Positions 37,857-48,222 are shown, counted from the stretch's first letter. The stretch: DNA of 64,000 bases from Bacilli bacterium (GCA_045597865.1 JAZLKX010000001.1:32001-96000); one strand, 5' to 3'. Translations and numbers: made by a program. The notes: a model not told the origin generated them from the letters alone.

Positions 37857-39089
37857 ATGAAAATATTAGTGCTTTCAAACAATCCTTTAAGTTTATCCAA
37901 TTCAAATGGTAGAACGCTTTTAAATATGCTTGAATGTTTTAATAATTCTGAAATATTAAACATCTATGTTAATGGTAATGACCCAGCATTAGAAAAAGGG
38001 ACTTTTTATAAAATAAATGAAGCAAGGATTTTGAAAAACAAAAAGCCATATGGTAAATATATTAAAGAAAGTAATGGTAATTCCGATGCACTAATTGCAA
38101 AAAAGAGAAAAACACCTTTAAAATGTTTAATTAGATCGTATCTATGGTCAAAGAAATCTGTTTATAAGGAAATATTAAACATTGCAAAAAGTTTTGAAGC
38201 AGAAAGAATAATAATTCAATGTGGTGATTCTGATTTTTTAATTAGAATTGCATGTTTCTTAAGCAAAAGTTTGAATATCAAGCTAATTGCTTATAATTCC
38301 GAAGACTATATTTTCAAGACATGGAATTACATTGAAAAGAAAAAGAAAAGATCAATATTCTTTAGAATTTTTCTTAGTAGATTAAAAAAATCATATAATT
38401 TTCTTTACAAAACTGCTGATTCTTTTGTGTATTTAACTGACATGCTTTTGAACGAATATCTTGAAATTTTCCCTAATCAGAAAGGATATGTTATATACAA
38501 TTCCTCTAATATAAAACCGATTGGCAATTATGATAAAACAGGCCCAATAGTTTATAGTGGTAACCTTGGTGTAGGAAGAGCAGATGTTTTAATACAATTA
38601 TCACAATATATTCATAAAATTTTTAATAAAAAATTAACAATCTGCTCTCTAACGAAAGATAGTAACATTCTTAGCAAAATATGTAATTGTCATAATATCG
38701 ATTTTATTGGAAAACTTGAATATAAGGATAATATTAATTTACTTAAAAAGTCCTCATTAATCATTCATGTTGAATCTATGGAGGACTACTACGTTAAAGA
38801 TACAAAAAATGCTTTTTCTACAAAAATAGCTGATAGTTTATCTATGGGCGTGCCATTCTTTATTTTTGCTCCATCTACATCAGCGGTGTCTAAGTATATA
38901 AAAGATAATGATTGTGCATTCATTGCGAATGACTTCGTTTATGCTGAATCCACTTTAAGAAGAATATCTAGTGATGAAACCTTTAGAATAAGTAAATTAC
39001 CTAATGCTTTAAAAACCGCAAAGCTAAATCACAATTCAAATAAAAACTCATTATTTTTTTATCAAATTGTTAAGGAGGATAATAAATGA
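37857..39089 (+). CDS. GT-B-fold glycosyltransferase
   Basis: YSGNLGVGR, IHVES, STKIADSL. Confidence 0.7.
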   Translation: MKILVLSNNPLSLSNSNGRTLLNMLECFNNSEILNIYVNGNDPALEKGTFYKINEARILKNKKPYGKYIKESNGNSDALIAKKRKTPLKCLIRSYLWSKKSVYKEILNIAKSFEAERIIIQCGDSDFLIRIACFLSKSLNIKLIAYNSEDYIFKTWNYIEKKKKRSIFFRIFLSRLKKSYNFLYKTADSFVYLTDMLLNEYLEIFPNQKGYVIYNSSNIKPIGNYDKTGPIVYSGNLGVGRADVLIQLSQYIHKIFNKKLTICSLTKDSNILSKICNCHNIDFIGKLEYKDNINLLKKSSLIIHVESMEDYYVKDTKNAFSTKIADSLSMGVPFFIFAPSTSAVSKYIKDNDCAFIANDFVYAESTLRRISSDETFRISKLPNALKTAKLNHNSNKNSLFFYQIVKEDNK

Positions 39090-39880
39090 CCCTACAGGTT
39101 TTGATATCAACAATGTTTGAAAAAGACTATTCTTTGCTTGAAAGAATGAATGTGCAGAGTAATTGTGTTATTGTGAACCAAACATATGATAATTCTGTTA
39201 GTGAGTTTGTTTTTAAAGGTCATAACATCACATGGATTAATTCCAAAGAAAGAGGTCTTTCAAAAAGCAGAAATTTAGCATTAAAGTATGCAAATGCTGA
39301 CATTTTACTGCTTGCTGATAATGATGAAATTTTTCGTGAGGATTATGATAATTTGATATTAAATGATTTTGCAAAAAATAAAAAAGCTGATCTTATTTGT
39401 TTTAACATCGAATCAATTGATAATAAAAGATCTAGATACATTAATAAGAAAAATAAAAAATTGTCATTTCTTAATGTGTTTAAATATGGCAGTGCAAGAA
39501 TAGGATTCAGACGAAATTTTCTAGACAAATTTAAAATTAAATTCAATGAGAATTTCGGTGCAGGTACAGAAAACGGTGGAGGAGAAGACTCTTTGTTTTT
39601 AAATGATTTTTTAAAAAATGGTGGATCATGTTTTTCAAGTCCAGTTTTTATTGCTGATATTGATGATTCCAAATCCACCTGGTTTAATGGTTATAATGAG
39701 AAATATTTTTTTAATCTTGGGAAATTTCTTTATGTATTAACTCCAAAAAATGTTCGTTTAATTTCTTTTTTAGTTCTACTAAAAAGATTTAAACATACGA
39801 GAAAAATAGGTTTTTTTAAAGCTTTAAAATCATTAAATAAAGGTATAAAATTTCAAAAAACATTTAAAAACAAAAACTAA
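39086..39880 (+). CDS. Glycosyltransferase family 2
   Basis: VLISTM, RGLSKSRN, ADND, GED. Confidence 0.85.
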   Translation: MTLQVLISTMFEKDYSLLERMNVQSNCVIVNQTYDNSVSEFVFKGHNITWINSKERGLSKSRNLALKYANADILLLADNDEIFREDYDNLILNDFAKNKKADLICFNIESIDNKRSRYINKKNKKLSFLNVFKYGSARIGFRRNFLDKFKIKFNENFGAGTENGGGEDSLFLNDFLKNGGSCFSSPVFIADIDDSKSTWFNGYNEKYFFNLGKFLYVLTPKNVRLISFLVLLKRFKHTRKIGFFKALKSLNKGIKFQKTFKNKN

Positions 39881-39897
39881 GTTTGTAAAATATTTTT

Positions 39898-41007
39898 ATG
39901 AAAAAAATTTTATTATCAAGTTACTGTGATGGATATAATTTCGGTTCTCTCTTACAATGTTTTGCTCTTAAAAAGTATTTAACATCATGCGGTTATGACG
40001 TTGATGTTTGTTCTAACAAAAAAAGCAAAATTTTTCAATTTTTGTTTAGGGGGTTTTTCCACCCTTTAGTTTTAAAAAAATTTATTAAATCAAGAAAAGC
40101 AAGCAATAATGAATTCTCCGCGTTTCAAATTAAGAAATTTCAAGATTTTATTGATTTTTTAGAGATTAACTATCTTTCCTTTTCAAAACACAGAAAGTTA
40201 GCTTACTCAGACAATGTGCTTGCATCAATTGCTGGAAGTGATCAAGTTTGGAATTCTGAAAGTTTATTCATAAGTCCTTATTATTTCCTTTCTTATTCTC
40301 CGTACAAAAAAAATATTGCATATGCCCCATCTTTTGGTAGAAACTACATTCCAAAATATAATATTAATATTATTGAAAGAAAGATTAAAAAAATTCGTTT
40401 TTTATCAACTAGAGAAATTTTAAATAAATCTTTGTTAGAAAATATTTCCCATAGAAATGATGTAGCGATTTGCTGCGACCCAGTATTTTTAATCTCTGAA
40501 GAAGAATGGAATGAAACAAATAAGCCTTTAATTGAACAAGACTATGTCCTTTGTTACGTTTTAAATACTCCTGATAATATTGTCGTAAATCAAATTGTGT
40601 CAAAGCTTAATTCTATTAAAAAAACTGTCATTTTTGTTGGAAACAGTTTTGAAGGGTTTAAGAATGATTTTAAATTTGACTTTAAATTCATATCAATTGA
40701 TGTGCTTGATTTTCCAAATTTAATTTTTAATAGCAATTTTGTGATTACAGACTCATTCCATGGAATAGCTTTTTCAATAATTGGTAAGAAAAAAATATGG
40801 TTAATCGAGCGTAATTATTCTGGAAAAATGAATCAAAACATAAGGATAGAAAGCCTTTTCTTATCTTGTAATTATCAATTTGATAAAAATAGTAATGATG
40901 TAAAAGAAATTGAATTTTGCAACGATAATTACATGCATCTTAATAAATTTATTAATGAATCAAAGGATTACCTTTTAGGTTCGTTGAGTATATTAGAAAA
41001 TGAATAA
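39898..41007 (+). CDS. Polysaccharide pyruvyl transferase family protein
   Basis: NFGSLLQCFAL, GSDQVWN, YAPSFG, DPVFL, TDSFHG. Confidence 0.9.
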   Translation: MKKILLSSYCDGYNFGSLLQCFALKKYLTSCGYDVDVCSNKKSKIFQFLFRGFFHPLVLKKFIKSRKASNNEFSAFQIKKFQDFIDFLEINYLSFSKHRKLAYSDNVLASIAGSDQVWNSESLFISPYYFLSYSPYKKNIAYAPSFGRNYIPKYNINIIERKIKKIRFLSTREILNKSLLENISHRNDVAICCDPVFLISEEEWNETNKPLIEQDYVLCYVLNTPDNIVVNQIVSKLNSIKKTVIFVGNSFEGFKNDFKFDFKFISIDVLDFPNLIFNSNFVITDSFHGIAFSIIGKKKIWLIERNYSGKMNQNIRIESLFLSCNYQFDKNSNDVKEIEFCNDNYMHLNKFINESKDYLLGSLSILENE

Positions 41008-42178
41008 TATTAGAGATATTAATAATCAAATTTGTTCTGGTTGCGGATCTTGCATTCATATATGCCCTAGAAAAGCAATTGCTTATGTCCAAAAAGACGG
41101 TTTTTTTAGAGCGGAAGTTGATGAAAATAAGTGTATTTCTTGTGGATTATGTAAAAATTATTGCTATAGATTCAAAAAAATTAATGAGTCGTTTTTTGAC
41201 GATTCTAAGATTTTTTGCGTAAAAAATAAAAATAGTGAAATTTTGAAAAAATCATCTTCTGGTGGAGCATCTAACGCTTTGATGAATGCGTTACTTGATG
41301 AAGGTTATATTGTCTACTCATTTGAATATTTAAAGGAAGAAAAACTTTTGATGCTTTCAAAAGCAAAAAATAAGAATGAAGCGTTAAAATTTATCGGTTC
41401 AAAATACATGCAATCAGTTTCATATAGAAAAGAAATATATGATGAATTATTAAAATTTTCTAAGGATACAAAATTAGCTTTTTTTGGCACCCCGTGTTTC
41501 GTGAGTGGCATGAAATTATTTCTTGAAAATAAAGGATTCACAAATTTATTCTTTGTTGATATTTTTTGTCACGGAACGCCGTCTATTTTGCTTTGGCAAA
41601 AATACATTTCATCATTCGGAGAGGTGAAAGAAGAAACTTTTAGAGATAAAAGATATGGTTGGCACAATTATTCTTCTTCTTTTGAAAAACATGGTAAGTC
41701 TTATTGCAAAAAAAATGATAAGTTTTATTCACTATATTTTTCTAATTTGTTAATGAATGAGAGCTGTTATGATTGCAATATAAGAACAAAATTTAATTCT
41801 GATATAAGAATTGGAGATGCTTGGGGATATAGCTATGATACTGATAAACAAGGGGTTTCTCTACTGGTATGCATCTCTGAAAAAGGGAATGATTTATTGC
41901 AAAAAGTCGGTAATGATCTTTCTTTTTTAAAACCAATTCAACTTTCAGAAATTAAGCAATTTCAATCCATTTATCAAAAAAGAAAAACAGATAATAAAAA
42001 AAGAGAAAAATTACTATTTTCATTAAACGAAAGTTTTGATTCTTGTTATAAATCATACATTAATGGGATGTCGTTTAATGAAAAAGCTTCTTATTTTTTC
42101 AAAAAAATATTTAATAAATTCCCATATTCTATAAAAAGGGCAATCACTAAATATTCTCATAAAAAATGCAATAGATAA
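41000..42178 (+). CDS. 4Fe-4S / F420 hydrogenase beta-subunit-family protein
   Basis: CSGCGSCIHICP, CISCGLC, SSSGG, GSKYMQS, GTPC, CHGTPS. Confidence 0.85.
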   Translation: MNNIRDINNQICSGCGSCIHICPRKAIAYVQKDGFFRAEVDENKCISCGLCKNYCYRFKKINESFFDDSKIFCVKNKNSEILKKSSSGGASNALMNALLDEGYIVYSFEYLKEEKLLMLSKAKNKNEALKFIGSKYMQSVSYRKEIYDELLKFSKDTKLAFFGTPCFVSGMKLFLENKGFTNLFFVDIFCHGTPSILLWQKYISSFGEVKEETFRDKRYGWHNYSSSFEKHGKSYCKKNDKFYSLYFSNLLMNESCYDCNIRTKFNSDIRIGDAWGYSYDTDKQGVSLLVCISEKGNDLLQKVGNDLSFLKPIQLSEIKQFQSIYQKRKTDNKKREKLLFSLNESFDSCYKSYINGMSFNEKASYFFKKIFNKFPYSIKRAITKYSHKKCNR

Positions 42179-42393
42179 TAAATTTACACTCCTTGTTTTC
42201 ATTGCAATTTAAGCAATTATTTGAATTTTAAACAGCCATTTAAACCATTAAAGTTTATTTAGTGGTGTTTTATTAATAAATTTTGATAAAATATTAAATA
42301 TCTATATTAAAAAGAATTGCTAAAAAATATTGGGCTCGCAATTGTGATGATATGGACTATATAAACTATTTTAAATTTTTTATGTAAGAAATT

Positions 42394-43641
42394 ATGATGA
42401 AAATTAAAAATAAAAAAAGTTTAATAATATCAATTATTTTAATAATTTTTGGAGCTTCATCATTAGTTGGTTCCATTTTGATATCTAGAAATAATTTCAA
42501 TGTTTTTTATCTGAATTCTGAAGAAGATGTTTATAGAATAAAAGATAATCTTGATGGTTATTATGTGCTAAATTCAAAAATTGAAATTACTAAACCATGG
42601 ATTCCGATTGGCACCGAAGAAAAGCCTTTTACCGGGCATATTGAAGGAAATTATAAATCAATTATTTTAAGTGGCGGTTATGATATAAATTATGCAAATT
42701 CCTTGCATGATGATAACTTTTTGAACTTAGGATTTTTAGGTGTAAATAAGGGAACCGTTATTCATTTAAATATTAAAGACGCAGGTATTGATAATTTTGC
42801 TTGGTCATCTTTAGAGAATAAATTTAATTTAAATTACGGAATCATTTCTGCTGTTAATAAAGGTTATATAACTGGCTGCAAAACAGCAGCAAACCCAATA
42901 AATATCAATTCAAATATTGATTTAGCAAATATTGGCGGAATTTGTGGTGTAAATAATCATCAAATACAAGGATGTTCATGCGTATCAGCATTTAATGTCA
43001 CTACTAATTGCCAATCAAATGTTGCTGCAATTTGTGGTTTGCAAGAAAGCAGTGGTGTAGCTAAATATTGTTACAGAACTGGAAGTTTAGCATTAAATCT
43101 TGGATCAAATAGTAATTCAGCGCTTTGTGTTGGCTTATGTAAAGGTGGAGAAATTAATAATATCGGTTTATCCTCAAATGATGAAAAACTAGTTGAATTG
43201 AATTTAACATCAGAAACTTATTCAGCAGGTGCTTTGATTGGAAAAGCTGATTTGACTGATAATTTAACTGTTTCAAATATAGTTGCTGACATAAGTTTAA
43301 CTTCTGAAAAGTATTTAAATAGTTTCGGTTTTATTTGTGGCGAAATTGTTAATAATGGAAAAACATTAAATTGCAAAAACATTTGTTTGTCTGGTAGCGT
43401 AACTATTCAAAATACAGATTCTAATACATCAGGATTGTTGTTTGGAAATTACTTAGATAAGAATTTAAATAAATTTGATAATGTCTATTATTATTCAGTT
43501 ACTTCTAATATTGGAAAATTTAATTATTTTGGCTTAGCAGAATCTAATTATAATAATTTATCATTAAACAAACTCAATTTTGATGAGGCAGTTTGGGAAA
43601 AAGGAAAATACAATTTTTATTTAACATATGGGCAAAAATAA
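42394..43641 (+). CDS. Membrane-anchored GLUG-like extracellular protein (paralogue of 34115-35362)
   Basis: N-terminal TM; WIPIGTEEKPFTGHIEGN; IGGICGVN. Confidence 0.65.
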   Translation: MMKIKNKKSLIISIILIIFGASSLVGSILISRNNFNVFYLNSEEDVYRIKDNLDGYYVLNSKIEITKPWIPIGTEEKPFTGHIEGNYKSIILSGGYDINYANSLHDDNFLNLGFLGVNKGTVIHLNIKDAGIDNFAWSSLENKFNLNYGIISAVNKGYITGCKTAANPININSNIDLANIGGICGVNNHQIQGCSCVSAFNVTTNCQSNVAAICGLQESSGVAKYCYRTGSLALNLGSNSNSALCVGLCKGGEINNIGLSSNDEKLVELNLTSETYSAGALIGKADLTDNLTVSNIVADISLTSEKYLNSFGFICGEIVNNGKTLNCKNICLSGSVTIQNTDSNTSGLLFGNYLDKNLNKFDNVYYYSVTSNIGKFNYFGLAESNYNNLSLNKLNFDEAVWEKGKYNFYLTYGQK

Positions 43642-44860
43642 AATATTTCAAATTATTAAAAATGAAATTGACTCAATTATATTGATTACCATTTTTTCGT
43701 TATCATTTTTATCTATTTTAACTTTGCATTTTAAGTTAGATACTGTGTCTTCTATTTTCTTTAAATTGATATTTGGATTTATTGGATTATGGCTTGTTAT
43801 CAAGTTGATATTATTTTTAAAGCAAAAGCAAAAAGAAAAACCTACCTTTGATTGCAAAATGTTTTTAGCTTTATCAGGATTATCTATTTTGTTCTTAACG
43901 ATATCAGTATTGGTTTCCTATATTGCTAATGAAACAAATCCTACGTTTAATAGCTTAAGTTATTTTGTTGTACTTATATTTTCAATACTAACCTTGTTGT
44001 TGGTTAAGTTTGGAAAATTTAATCCAATTATTTTTAAGGTTTTAATACTTGAATCGATTTTATTGAGTCTTGTATTTTTAATAACTTTTGCGACTGGTTA
44101 TTCAAGAGAATGGTCTGGAGTTAAAAGCTTTTCGGGTTTAACTTTGAATTTCTCTAATCCTAATTTAACTGGAATTATTTTATCAACATTAACAATCATC
44201 ATTATCTACTCTATATTTGCATTTAAAAACAAAGTCCTTAAATTCTCACTATTGGCTTTTGCAGTAATTGATTTAATTCTACTTGTTTTTACTTCTGCAA
44301 GAACTCCGTTATTGGCATGTGGTTGTGCTGCAGTTGTAACGCTTATTTATTTCTTGCTAAGAAAACACAATCTTAATCTGCCAATTTCAATCGCTATTGT
44401 TTTAGCTCCAATAATATTTGTCGGTTTATATTTGCTAATTTTTAATGGAAATTTAAATAGTTCAATTAGCATTAGTGAAGGAAAAGATGCTACTTCGAGA
44501 TTATTTATCTGGGTTGAACGACTAAAACAATATTCAGCAACCCCAAGAACAGTATTGTTTGGTGATTATCTAAGATTACAAAGTAATTCACATAACTCGA
44601 TTTTGACATTATTAAGCTCATATGGCTTATTCTCTACAATGTCTTGCCTGTCGTTAATGGCATTCGGTTTGTATGATTTAACGAAAGAGACAACATCTTT
44701 TAGCATAAGCAAATTTTACGGATTATTCTTTGTTTTGCTTGTTATTTTACTTGGAATTGGGGAATCAACACCTGTAATTACTTCAAATGGAATGTTTACA
44801 ATCTTTGCCATTAGTATTGTTATGATTAAAATTCCTCAAGCACAACAAATAAATGAATAA
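43628..44860 (+). CDS. O-antigen ligase/polymerase-like membrane protein
   Basis: ~11 TM; FSNPN, TSART, SRLFIW, SHNS. Confidence 0.75.
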   Translation: MGKNKIFQIIKNEIDSIILITIFSLSFLSILTLHFKLDTVSSIFFKLIFGFIGLWLVIKLILFLKQKQKEKPTFDCKMFLALSGLSILFLTISVLVSYIANETNPTFNSLSYFVVLIFSILTLLLVKFGKFNPIIFKVLILESILLSLVFLITFATGYSREWSGVKSFSGLTLNFSNPNLTGIILSTLTIIIIYSIFAFKNKVLKFSLLAFAVIDLILLVFTSARTPLLACGCAAVVTLIYFLLRKHNLNLPISIAIVLAPIIFVGLYLLIFNGNLNSSISISEGKDATSRLFIWVERLKQYSATPRTVLFGDYLRLQSNSHNSILTLLSSYGLFSTMSCLSLMAFGLYDLTKETTSFSISKFYGLFFVLLVILLGIGESTPVITSNGMFTIFAISIVMIKIPQAQQINE

Positions 44861-46226
44861 AGATAAAAGAGCAAAAGCTAAAGAAGAAAAAGAAAATCAT
44901 CCTTTTAAACATAAACTAAAAGTATTATTAACTCTTTTCTTGTGTTTAACAGTGGTTCTATTAACTGCAGTTTATATTACATATCTTGTAACGCATAAAG
45001 ACACTAATAGAAATCCTAATACATATAATGAAAACTCAAATGTATCTTTAATTGAGAAAAACATGATTGATGCATTCTCTAATACAAAGGATACAGGAAA
45101 GTTTTCTTTTTCACTTAGTGATTCCGATATCAATCAAATGATTAAGAATGTATCAGATCATGTTTTAAATGATAAATGTCAAAGTATGTATTATGAATCT
45201 AAAGATGGTCACCATTACTTTTATATTGATTTAAAACCAAAACTTTTTGTGACCACTAGAGTTGTAATTGATACTTCTATAGTGGGTGTTACAAATATTA
45301 ACGAAGTAGTGCTTCAAATAAATAAAGTATCAATGGGTAAACTTCCATATATAAAACAAGCAAATTATTTAAATGAAGATTTTTTCAATAAGTTATCAGA
45401 GTATTCATTACTTCCTATTAAGTATAGTAAGTCCACTAAAACAATAATCACGTATCCATATAAACTAATGGAATATTTTCCAAGTGGAGAATATATGGAT
45501 ATCTTAAAAGAACTAATTGATACTAAACCAGAAGTTCTTAAAGCTACTGGAGATTCATTGTTTGGATTTAATATTGATTTCTCTTCTTTTAGAAGTAATA
45601 ACCATAAATCTCCAGAAAGAAGTGAAGAAGTAATAGATTTAAAAGAAAGAGTAGAATCCTCTATAACTGAAGACTTTTTAGATTCAATACCATCTGGAGA
45701 ATCCAAAGTAGCGTGTTCTTTTACTCTTGGAGAATTAAATAGACTTATCTATACCAGCATCAATGTTTTAGATAAAGAAATACATGAACATAGTTTAACT
45801 GAAAACAAGTGCATATTAGGTATTACTGATGTATTTGGATATGTTGAATCCGGTAACTTTATTTATAGAGTAGTGTTTTCTATTAATGGATATGAGATTG
45901 ATTTTGACATTAAATCCGAAATTTACGAATTTAATAAAGATTTAATGATATCATTCTATACTGGCGCTAGCGTTAAGTGTGGTGGTGTAGAGTTTGGTAT
46001 TAAAAATGAGTTAACAAAACAAATTCGTGGTTCTTTTGAGACAGTATTACAAAATGTTGCAGAAACATCTCCTGGTTTAAAATATTCAAGAGACAATGGA
46101 TCTTTTACAGTTGATTTTACTTATTTAGAAAAGCCTACTGGTATTCTTTACTTTTATGGTACTCAAATAAAAGTTAAATATTTAGAATCTATTACTTTTG
46201 AATTTATTATTACTAATTACTTTTAA
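44853..46226 (+). CDS. Membrane-anchored hypothetical protein
   Basis: 457-aa ORF with a single N-terminal TM. Confidence 0.7.
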   Translation: MNKDKRAKAKEEKENHPFKHKLKVLLTLFLCLTVVLLTAVYITYLVTHKDTNRNPNTYNENSNVSLIEKNMIDAFSNTKDTGKFSFSLSDSDINQMIKNVSDHVLNDKCQSMYYESKDGHHYFYIDLKPKLFVTTRVVIDTSIVGVTNINEVVLQINKVSMGKLPYIKQANYLNEDFFNKLSEYSLLPIKYSKSTKTIITYPYKLMEYFPSGEYMDILKELIDTKPEVLKATGDSLFGFNIDFSSFRSNNHKSPERSEEVIDLKERVESSITEDFLDSIPSGESKVACSFTLGELNRLIYTSINVLDKEIHEHSLTENKCILGITDVFGYVESGNFIYRVVFSINGYEIDFDIKSEIYEFNKDLMISFYTGASVKCGGVEFGIKNELTKQIRGSFETVLQNVAETSPGLKYSRDNGSFTVDFTYLEKPTGILYFYGTQIKVKYLESITFEFIITNYF

Positions 46227-46240
46227 ATACTTAAAGTATT

Positions 46241-46338
46241 CGGGTTTTATTCATTACGATTATTACAATCTATTCATAAAACATTAAGAAGATAAACATC
46301 TTCTTTTGTTTTTGATTTCTCATATGTAATAGAGAAAT
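46241..46338. repeat. Three-hairpin element C, copy 1 (others at 58229-58326 and 61409-61502; first-hairpin-only copies at 58364-58394 and 59171-59212)
   Basis: TCATTACGATTATTACAATCTATTC core, then the AAGAAGAT/ATCTTCTT stem, then the ATTTCTC/GAGAAAT stem. Confidence 0.9.
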
Positions 46339-46643
46339 ATCCATGCTTTATAAACAATAGAGAAATCCTTTATCTTATCCTTATATATCAAAAGAAAAGC
46401 AGGGTGTTTTGTTATTAAGCATTAGAACTTATGTAGAAAAGTATTAACTGGTATTACGATTGTTAGAGTATATAAGCACCCATCTATCATTCATTTTTTA
46501 TTTTTTTATATTTAAGATTCTGTGCTTTTTTATTTTCAAAGGAATTATAACTATTATTAAGAAAAGTAAATTTGAAGTATATGGAACAACACTCCTTGAA
46601 GCAATAGATATTGTTGATATATAATCAATAAGCAACATTTTGT

Positions 46644-48104
46644 TTGTTGCTCCTTAATATGGCAAATAATTTTAATAAAAAAGCTGTTTCCAAAATAGAG
46701 CTATCGGATGATGAAATTATAAAATTAAAAGGCAAAAAAGTTATGATGCCTTTAAAAACCAAATATGGTGATTTTTGGGATGGAAATTTTTCTCGTTATG
46801 AGCACACAATGATTGTAGTTTCTATCAGTGAACGAATTATTAAAACACTAGGTTTAATTAACATTGATAAAGAAATAGTGCGATCGATTGCTAAATTTCA
46901 CGACATTGGTCATTGCCCGTTTGGACATGCTGGTGAAGAATGTTTAAATTCTCTAATTTCTGAAGAATTATTTGAATATCGAGATGAATTCTTTAGTGGA
47001 TATAAGCATAATTTATTATCTTCTAAATTATTATTAGATAAAATTAATCCGTTATCTCCACATTGGAAGATTATTGACGGCATTACTAAACACTGCACAA
47101 CCATGCCTAAAAATTTCAATATTGATCGTGTTCAAAAGAACAATTTATTAAAATTGAATTACATATTTAGAGATGATTTAAAAAACAAAAATTTATTTAT
47201 ACCTAGTGATTCATGGAAACACTATATTTCTAATTTTAATTTTTCTTGTTGTTCGTGTTGTAAAAACAAGATTGTATACTATTCATCAAAATTTAATTAT
47301 AGTTTAAATTCCTTAAATTTATATTTGTGTAGAAAAACTTGTAAAAATGTAGTTTGTTCTAAACTTTTTAATGATGTTGATTTAAATGTAAGTAGATATT
47401 TGCTTGTTCCAGAACCGCTATCATTAGAAGGCTCAATTGTTAAAGCTGCTGATGAAATTGCTTGTTTATCCTATGATTATTTTCTTTATTTTGCATATAT
47501 GAAATATAATAAGATGAATGAAAAAAGTAACATTTGCATTTCAAGAATTGAAAATTCAATTAATCAATTATTCTCATATTCACTTAGTGTTGGCAATTTT
47601 AAAGGAATTAGCGTTCTAAATAGTTTAAATAAACTTGTTTCAGATCCAAACAAAAATAATTGTAACGATTTGATTGAGAATTTAATTTCTTGTTTAGAAT
47701 TATCAAAAAAAGGTAAAAGAGGTTGTGACAGTTTGCTGACATTCGATTCCGATAATCAGCATTTATTCAATAGCATCAAAAATACAATTTATTCTTTAAT
47801 TCATAATGATTTTTATATTTTGAACGACAATCAAATTGGTGCAGAACTAATTCGAAGATATTTTTATTATTTGTGCAAGAAACCCAGTAGGTTTTGCAAA
47901 GCTATCGGAAAGTCTAAATTTAATAAAATTTTCGGAACCTTAAAAACTGGTTGTAATATCAAAACATTTTCAAGATTTAGGAAAACAGATTTTGAGCCTA
48001 AACTTATGAATGTGTATAGAAGGGAAGTTGCTTTTTATATTGCTACATTAACTGAGGACGAACTTGTTAAAAAAAGTAAAAAGTGCTTGTTTTTTCGAAA
48101 GTAA
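46644..48104 (+). CDS. HD-domain dGTPase-like phosphohydrolase
   Basis: SRYEHT, HDIGHCPFGHAGE, YKHN, SLEGSIVKAADEIA, YIATLTE; Cys-rich insert. Confidence 0.8.
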   Translation: MLLLNMANNFNKKAVSKIELSDDEIIKLKGKKVMMPLKTKYGDFWDGNFSRYEHTMIVVSISERIIKTLGLINIDKEIVRSIAKFHDIGHCPFGHAGEECLNSLISEELFEYRDEFFSGYKHNLLSSKLLLDKINPLSPHWKIIDGITKHCTTMPKNFNIDRVQKNNLLKLNYIFRDDLKNKNLFIPSDSWKHYISNFNFSCCSCCKNKIVYYSSKFNYSLNSLNLYLCRKTCKNVVCSKLFNDVDLNVSRYLLVPEPLSLEGSIVKAADEIACLSYDYFLYFAYMKYNKMNEKSNICISRIENSINQLFSYSLSVGNFKGISVLNSLNKLVSDPNKNNCNDLIENLISCLELSKKGKRGCDSLLTFDSDNQHLFNSIKNTIYSLIHNDFYILNDNQIGAELIRRYFYYLCKKPSRFCKAIGKSKFNKIFGTLKTGCNIKTFSRFRKTDFEPKLMNVYRREVAFYIATLTEDELVKKSKKCLFFRK

Positions 48105-48115
48105 ATTGTTATATT
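48087..48115 (+). promoter_or_regulatory. Sigma70-like promoter
   Basis: TTGTTT-17 bp-TATATT with the extended TG. Confidence 0.55.
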
Positions 48116-48120
48116 ATAGA

Positions 48121-48222
48121 TGCTTATCGATGAGATAAGAAGGCAGAGTGCCGAAGATGATGCTGTGAGCATCGACCGTTGAAGTGCATAACTGAGACAA
48201 ATAAGACCTTATGGTCTTTTTT
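48121..48222 (+). ncRNA. Putative ~100-nt structured small RNA
   Basis: GC-rich island with three consecutive hairpins between a promoter and an intrinsic terminator. Confidence 0.55.
48203..48222 (+). terminator. Intrinsic terminator
   Basis: AAGACC-TTAT-GGTCTT followed by a T tract. Confidence 0.75.

Noticed and set aside
48120-48182. 20-aa ORF MLIDEIRRQSAEDDAVSIDR within the candidate sRNA
   Set aside because: No RBS, and the ATG is only 4 nt after the -10 box, probably upstream of the TSS; the hairpins explain the sequence better. Ribosome profiling would settle it.
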